From a virus (Duplodnaviria > Caudoviricetes): a stretch of 64,000 nt of DNA. Shown here piece by piece: positions 58,033 to 64,000 of this stretch. How positions within the stretch are numbered: position 1 is the first letter of the stretch; every line of letters starts with the position of its first letter. Made by a program: the position numbers and the translations under genes. A model generated the notes under the pieces. The model saw nothing but the letters and a program-made list of their open reading frames with translations, searched no databases and was not told the DNA's origin. The stretch lies in the IMG/VR virus record IMGVR_UViG_3300031857_000001; one strand, 5' to 3'.

Positions 58033-60051
58033 ATGAAACATTTAAGTCTACATAAAAGTTTTACAAATGATGGTGTTTTTGAATTAAATTTAAATACAAT
58101 AACCTCACTTAAAACTCAAACTAATGAAAGAATTTATCTGTCTTTACCTATAGATGGGATTGAAAAACAAGTTGAAATATATAGAACAAATATTGGGTCC
58201 GATGATTTTAAAGTTGTAAATGAATTAGGTCAAATTTTATCGTATGATTCAGGAATTCACTACGGTGGTCGGGTCATTGGCTCTGAAAAATCATTTGTTG
58301 CATTATCTTTTAGTGATGACGGAATTATCGGAATAGTTCAAGATAATACTAAAGAGTATGGGTTTACCAAAATAGATGAAAATTTTCATAGACTTCATGA
58401 AACGATTAATGATAACGAAGGGTTTGAATGTGGATGTGAATTACTATCACATAATAATAATTTACAGGAATTAAAATTATCCCCAAAAACTTTAACGTTA
58501 CCATATGCTTCTAAATGTATTAATATACGATGGGAAGCGGATTATGATGTGATACAACAATTTGGTGGAACGGGTCCGGCCATAACATGGTTGACCGCAC
58601 TTTTTAATGCACAAAAACAACTTTATGCTAATGATAATATTCAGGTTAATTTAGCCTTATTATTCTTATGGGAAAATGGTCCTTCAGGTTTTGTTGTGGG
58701 AACAACAGATGTTATACTAGATGCCTATGTAAATTATAGAAATGCAAATGGTGGCATTGCCGAGAATTGTGGTATGCTACTGAGTTTTGGAACTTCTCCA
58801 ACAAGCAATTCAGGTGCGGGTATCGCATATGTGGGGGCTCTTTGTGGTCCCAACAAATATGGTTATACACAATTAAAAAGAGGAGATTCTACAGGAACTC
58901 CTAGTTCTACTGTATATAGTAGAAGTGTTAAAGTAGTTACTCACGAGCAAGGTCACTTATTAGGTTCAAGACATACTTTTAGATGTAATTGGAATACCGC
59001 TTGGGTATATGGAGATACTACTTTTGGTGCTGAGGCCATTGACGGGACTTCCACGGTAGAGGTACCTCCAGGAGTTCCTGCGTGTGCTCAACTACCAATA
59101 CCACCCGGATTTCAAGGAACTATAATGAGTTATGGAGACAGTGCAGGAACCGCTCCGATAAATTTCGCATTAGGGTTTGGTCCAATACCTAGACAAAGAA
59201 TGTATGACTTCATTAATAACAATTTTGCGTGTTTAACATGTCAGGCGGTTCCATTTGAAACCCCAACACCAACTCCAACAACAATTACTCAAACTCCAAC
59301 ACCAACTCCAACCAAAACACCAACACAAACCCCCACAAAAACTCCAACTAAAACAAATACACCAACTGTAACTCCAACCAAAACATCTACTCCAACACCA
59401 ACTAAAACTATAAACGCAACACCTGACCCCACTCAAACTCCAACTATAACTAAAACAGTAACAAATACAAATACTCAAACCACCACCGTAACACCCACCA
59501 ATTGTTGTAGTAGATTTACATTAACTTCAGGAGTAAACGACACTGGAGGTAGTACATTTAATGTAATTTCATGTAATGGAATCCCGCAAACAACGACTGT
59601 ACCTCAAGGAACTTCAATAGATATTAATTGCGCATCCACAGTAACATTAACTTCAGGAACAGGAACATTTGTAAGATATCCTGGTTGTGTTTGCACAAGT
59701 CCAACCCCAACTAAAACTAACACCCCTACAGTAACCCCAACTACCACGATAAATCAAAGTCCTCAACCGACCCCTACACCAACAGCAACACCAACGGCTA
59801 CACCTCTTAGGGGAGATTGTGCTTATTGTATAAGTATTTATCCTTGTTCCGTTAGTAAATATTTTACCAGTTGTTGTGAACCATTTGAAAACATTAGAAT
59901 ATTTTTAATACCAGCAAATGTCGCCGACACATTAATAGATGGTGAATCATACTATGTTGAGGCTGAAGGTTTTTCTAATTGTGCTATTTATAATGAAAGT
60001 ATAACAACCGCTCAGAATTCGTATAAATATATAAGTATAACCCCTAATTGA
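58033..60051 (+). CDS. Reprolysin/M12B-like zinc metalloprotease 2
   Basis: '[11 protein letters not shown]' (58942-74); 'GTIMSY'; 'FECG'; same architecture as paralog 1. Confidence 0.9.
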   Translation: MKHLSLHKSFTNDGVFELNLNTITSLKTQTNERIYLSLPIDGIEKQVEIYRTNIGSDDFKVVNELGQILSYDSGIHYGGRVIGSEKSFVALSFSDDGIIGIVQDNTKEYGFTKIDENFHRLHETINDNEGFECGCELLSHNNNLQELKLSPKTLTLPYASKCINIRWEADYDVIQQFGGTGPAITWLTALFNAQKQLYANDNIQVNLALLFLWENGPSGFVVGTTDVILDAYVNYRNANGGIAENCGMLLSFGTSPTSNSGAGIAYVGALCGPNKYGYTQLKRGDSTGTPSSTVYSRSVKVVTHEQGHLLGSRHTFRCNWNTAWVYGDTTFGAEAIDGTSTVEVPPGVPACAQLPIPPGFQGTIMSYGDSAGTAPINFALGFGPIPRQRMYDFINNNFACLTCQAVPFETPTPTPTTITQTPTPTPTKTPTQTPTKTPTKTNTPTVTPTKTSTPTPTKTINATPDPTQTPTITKTVTNTNTQTTTVTPTNCCSRFTLTSGVNDTGGSTFNVISCNGIPQTTTVPQGTSIDINCASTVTLTSGTGTFVRYPGCVCTSPTPTKTNTPTVTPTTTINQSPQPTPTPTATPTATPLRGDCAYCISIYPCSVSKYFTSCCEPFENIRIFLIPANVADTLIDGESYYVEAEGFSNCAIYNESITTAQNSYKYISITPN

Positions 60052-60062
60052 TGATTTAGTAT

Positions 60063-63000
60063 ATGAAACAATTGAATTTACTCAGAAATATTAATTTAGA
60101 TAATTCATTTGAAATTGATGTGTCGGAATTAAGGACTGTATCATCACAGAAATTTGATACAATGACTATGTCAATTCCGTTAGGGGGTATTAATAAAAAC
60201 GTTATTCTAAAAAAAGTTAATATATTTTCTGAGAATTTTACGGTCACTACATCTGATGGAGAAAATATCGAATGGGATTTGGGTGAACATTATAGAGGAG
60301 AAATCGAAGGAGAAGAAAATTCTTTTTGTTCTTTAAGTTTCACAAATAATGAAATATATGGACATATCGTAACGACTGGCTCAACATATGATATAAATTT
60401 TGTCTCAGGCTCAACATACAGAACATCAAGTGTAAATGAAGAAAATCCTATAAATTTTACATGTCATCATGAACCTAAAGAAGGTCAAACATATTCAAAT
60501 CCATATAACCCTTCTTTAAATACAAAAAAAAACACCGGTCTTAAAACATTAAATCCTTATGTTGCAGACCAGGCAACTAAATTGGTAAAAATAGATTGGG
60601 TAGTTGATTATGACATACGACTTTTGAAAGGTGCAAATACAGTTTCGTATATAACTTCAATTTTTAATGCAACAAAAACTTTATATGAAAACGACGGGAT
60701 TTTTGTCGTACTTAATTTTTTACACATTTTTACCACATCATATTCACCGTATAGAACAACACCTCTCACGGTACCTATCAATGACGGGTGCGGGTATGGT
60801 TCCTGTTCTATGGTTTTATTGTTGTTTAATTTCAGATATAGTTTAGGTAACGGAATTTATCCCGCAGGAACTAGCGCGGCTAATTTTTCCGGTGATTTAA
60901 AACATTTGTTAACCGCTACTTTTCCAACAACCTCTTTCTCAAATCCTGCTAATAAAATACAAGGACTGGCCGATGGTATACAGGTTTTGTGTAACCCAAT
61001 ATCTTCTGATTATACCGTAGTAATTGATGGTCAAGAATATTTGGCGACAAGTACTAATTCACCAGTATGTTTCAGTCAAATTGATGTAAATGCAACCGCT
61101 AACTCAACAACATATTCATCTACAGTACAAGTAATTACACACGAACAAGGTCATTTAATGGGTTCAAATCATACCCACGGATGTTACTGGAACACAACCA
61201 ATTTTGTACCCGGAGGTAACCCAATTGGTTGTAACAGAATTGATAGTTGTGTTACTTTTGAAACTTATACTTTTTTAGGTTGTCCATCATCAGTTCAAAC
61301 TGTTTTTGAAATTGTAAATGGTGTGTGTCCTTTTCCGGGCACCCCACCCAACAGTGGTGGTACCATAATGAGTTATTGTGGTTTAGTCGGAGGAGGAAGT
61401 CAACTTTTTACAAACGGATTCGGCCCCCAACCACAACAAAGAATTGTAAATTTCATTAATTCATTATCTTGTTTACAGTCGCTAGACACCACACCAACCC
61501 CAACTCCTACTTTAACCTTAACCCCGACCAAAACCCCGACATCTACTCCGACTAAGACAATCAATGCCACCCCAAACCCAACTCAAACTTCTACAATAAC
61601 AAAAACATCAACTGTAACTCCCACTAAATCTGTAGGAGTTAGCCCAAACCCAACCACCACACCGACAATAACTCCAACAAATACCGTTACAAGAACTAAA
61701 ACTAAAACACCAATTTCAACAAATACCACAACACCAACAATAACTCCCACTAATGGTGATGATTGTAAAAACTGTACAGACCAACACCCATGTATAACAC
61801 AAACTCCGACAGTAACTCCAACTCAGCCATGTGATACCGTGATATCACAACCATCAACAAGTCCATTATTTAATATTGGTTTATCTAAATATAATAACTC
61901 AGGGTATACTAACATTGGAACCAGATTTTACTCATACGGATTTCAATTAGGAGGAAGTGGTTCGACATATTATTTTTCAAACACAAATGATGTATGGAAA
62001 AGTACCGACAGTACAAATGGTCCCTTAAACAGAAGTGGTATTTGGTCATTATCTACATTTCCGTCTAATACTTGGTTGGGATTTTCTTTTTGTATTGATG
62101 TTGTTGATTTTGCTAATTTTTATTACGTTGGTTTTGGTGCGGATAATGCCTTTAGATTGACTATAGATGGTATCGAAACTATTAACACACTGTTGGGTGG
62201 TTATAACAATAGTACTTTGACATTTAGTAATTGGCATGTATATCAGATTCCACTATACCCTGGTCATCACGTATTGAACGTTTATGGTCTAAATCTATCA
62301 CAAACAACATCAGGTGTTTTTGGATGTGAAATTTATCAAAATACACTTGATGAATTAACAGGAGCAACCTCACCCAATAACTTAAACATTATTTTTTCGA
62401 CTAGCTCTTATTCCGAATCAAATGCCGAAATAATACAATCATCAACTGGTTTACAATTGAATAGTGGATATACTTGTCCTTCTGGTTTTGTTTATGAATC
62501 GTGTACGGGTGATTGTGTAAGATTCATATCATGTCCACAACCAACTTTGACTCCAACCACAACAAACACACCAACTAAAACTAACACAATAAATTTTGTA
62601 GGTGTTACACCCACTAAGACACCTACCCCAACTAAATGTTGTTCAACATATATACTTTCATCAAGTCCTTCAGATGTTACAGGTTCAACATTTACAATAG
62701 TACGATGCGTTGGTAATTTGTTTTTAACTCTACCAGTACCTGTTGGACAATCTCAAACTATAACATGTTCATATAATGCAACTTTAATAAATGGATTAGG
62801 TTCGATAACACAATTACCTGGTTGTGATTGTAACACGGTTACCCCAACACCAACCCCAACCACTATAGAAGATTTGGGCCCCTGCTTCAATCGTTGGATA
62901 CCAACCTATACGTTCCCTTTTAACCAAAATCAACAAACTGTATTTACCGGTTTTACACAAGGAATTTTTGTTGAGATGGTACTTTCTGGTTCGGTTGAAA

Positions 63001-64000
63001 TTGCAACCTACAACGGTAATCCTCCAAGTTGTGACGTTATTAGAAGTTTTAATCCTTATACTTTAACCGCATTAAAGCAAGTTTATGCGGGTGGAATTGG
63101 GCAAAGTATTTTTAAACAACCAACAGCCCAAAGTGCTTTTGTTATAACATTTAATTTTGGTCAACCAATTAACGAAGTTACATTAGTTATAGGAGGTTCT
63201 GGAACATACGATTTCGGAGGTGGCAACGAAGTTTTTATAATAACAACAAATACTGAAATTCCAACAATTACATCAAGTATAAATTGTTATACCACAATTA
63301 ATAACAACCAAATTCTTTCAGGTGCAAATATAGTACCACCACCTGTAGGTTCAGGTACCGGAGGTGGGTTATTCACTATAAATTGTATTACGGATTATAC
63401 AACTTTAGTAATATCTGGTGCCGGTGGGTATGATGGGTCTGAAATTTCTATTTGTGAAATTTATGTACCAGGTACAACTAGAACCCCAACCCCAACCATC
63501 ACACGTACAAAAACACCAACTATAACTCCAACCACATCTTTTGGTTTTGTCCCAACTTCTACACCCACTATAACACAAACAAAAACCAACACAAATACTT
63601 CGACACAAACAAAAACCAACACCCCGACAAAAACACAGACTAAAACACCCGGTTTACCACAAAGTCCGACTCCAACACCAACTAATTGTTGTTCTAATTT
63701 TCAAATATCACTATTACAAGGATTTAATAGTGCGATTTACAATGTCAGCTCATGTCAAGGACAATCAGGAACTTTTACATACACAGGTTTATCCTTTATA
63801 ACAATAGAATGTGCAACAAACGTTACAAATGTAAGCGGAGCGTCTATTGTTAGGTTACCAGGATGTGGATGCCCAACACCAACCCCTACTCCAACACTAA
63901 CTCCAACACCTGTTACACAATGTTCTAATTTAGTTTGGCCTGACCCAACAATAGTTGTGAATGGAATAACAATAACTGTTAATAGAACAGGAAATACTTA
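60063..64000 (+). CDS. Reprolysin/M12B-like zinc metalloprotease 3 with long modular C-terminal extension (3' truncated; absent from ORF track)
   Basis: ATG at 60063 (MKQLNLLRNINL...). In-frame 'HEQGHLMGSNH' at 61140-72, 'GGTIMSYC' and TPT tracts. The frame was in register at every point spot-checked up to base 64000. Confidence 0.88.
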   Translation, partial: MKQLNLLRNINLDNSFEIDVSELRTVSSQKFDTMTMSIPLGGINKNVILKKVNIFSENFTVTTSDGENIEWDLGEHYRGEIEGEENSFCSLSFTNNEIYGHIVTTGSTYDINFVSGSTYRTSSVNEENPINFTCHHEPKEGQTYSNPYNPSLNTKKNTGLKTLNPYVADQATKLVKIDWVVDYDIRLLKGANTVSYITSIFNATKTLYENDGIFVVLNFLHIFTTSYSPYRTTPLTVPINDGCGYGSCSMVLLLFNFRYSLGNGIYPAGTSAANFSGDLKHLLTATFPTTSFSNPANKIQGLADGIQVLCNPISSDYTVVIDGQEYLATSTNSPVCFSQIDVNATANSTTYSSTVQVITHEQGHLMGSNHTHGCYWNTTNFVPGGNPIGCNRIDSCVTFETYTFLGCPSSVQTVFEIVNGVCPFPGTPPNSGGTIMSYCGLVGGGSQLFTNGFGPQPQQRIVNFINSLSCLQSLDTTPTPTPTLTLTPTKTPTSTPTKTINATPNPTQTSTITKTSTVTPTKSVGVSPNPTTTPTITPTNTVTRTKTKTPISTNTTTPTITPTNGDDCKNCTDQHPCITQTPTVTPTQPCDTVISQPSTSPLFNIGLSKYNNSGYTNIGTRFYSYGFQLGGSGSTYYFSNTNDVWKSTDSTNGPLNRSGIWSLSTFPSNTWLGFSFCIDVVDFANFYYVGFGADNAFRLTIDGIETINTLLGGYNNSTLTFSNWHVYQIPLYPGHHVLNVYGLNLSQTTSGVFGCEIYQNTLDELTGATSPNNLNIIFSTSSYSESNAEIIQSSTGLQLNSGYTCPSGFVYESCTGDCVRFISCPQPTLTPTTTNTPTKTNTINFVGVTPTKTPTPTKCCSTYILSSSPSDVTGSTFTIVRCVGNLFLTLPVPVGQSQTITCSYNATLINGLGSITQLPGCDCNTVTPTPTPTTIEDLGPCFNRWIPTYTFPFNQNQQTVFTGFTQGIFVEMVLSGSVEIATYNGNPPSCDVIRSFNPYTLTALKQVYAGGIGQSIFKQPTAQSAFVITFNFGQPINEVTLVIGGSGTYDFGGGNEVFIITTNTEIPTITSSINCYTTINNNQILSGANIVPPPVGSGTGGGLFTINCITDYTTLVISGAGGYDGSEISICEIYVPGTTRTPTPTITRTKTPTITPTTSFGFVPTSTPTITQTKTNTNTSTQTKTNTPTKTQTKTPGLPQSPTPTPTNCCSNFQISLLQGFNSAIYNVSSCQGQSGTFTYTGLSFITIECATNVTNVSGASIVRLPGCGCPTPTPTPTLTPTPVTQCSNLVWPDPTIVVNGITITVNRTGNT

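Noticed and set aside
1-64000. Stop-codon reassignment
   Set aside because: Long ORFs with intact enzymes tile the window under the standard code.
1-64000. Eukaryotic giant virus (NCLDV) origin, suggested by Fringe-like GT, Cys-rich and mucin-like proteins
   Set aside because: The gp23-like capsid, gp55-like sigma, gp5-like spike, phoH, intrinsic terminators, coupled operons and Bacteroidota promoter all indicate a bacteriophage.
1-64000. tRNA/rRNA genes, integrase or transposase
   Set aside because: Intergenic gaps are short and AT-rich with no cloverleaf seen; no such protein motifs were recognised.

Overview
AT-rich 64-kb segment of a large T4-superfamily-like (jumbo) myophage. It most likely infects a Bacteroidota host, based on a TTTG-N19-TAnnTTTG promoter, signal peptides cleaved before Gln, a T9SS-like C-terminal tail and A-rich leaders with no SD sequence. 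There are three blocks. (i) + strand, 1-20.7 kb: end of the gp23-like major capsid gene, a secreted nuclease and subtilase, then three giant modular Cys-rich and Pro/Thr-rich genes, each preceded by a repeated terminator+promoter cassette, then small genes including an overlapping spanin-like pair. (ii) - strand, 20.7-45.8 kb: baseplate and virion genes, a gp55-like sigma factor, phoH, dUTPase, an exonuclease, a WYL protein and a glycosylation island with about 8 glycosyltransferase-like genes. The island holds gmd + His-type (ColD-like) 3-dehydratase + fcl/colC + GT11, which is a GDP-colitose-type pathway, plus a Fringe/C1GALT1-like GT31. (iii) + strand, 45.9-64 kb: more giant modular virion-type proteins, a beta-helix fibre cassette with a 2OG-Fe(II) oxygenase, and three tandem reprolysin-like metalloproteases on mucin-like Thr/Pro stalks. 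The third protease is missing from the ORF track. Main hypothesis (inference): the phage builds a decorated, probably O-glycosylated virion surface made of mucin-like stalks carrying diversified propeller adhesins and proteases. Several folds (LamG, delta-60 propeller, NIDO-like) appear split across separate genes. No tRNA, CRISPR array, integrase, transposase or RT was seen. All assignments come from reading motifs by eye; no database search was run.
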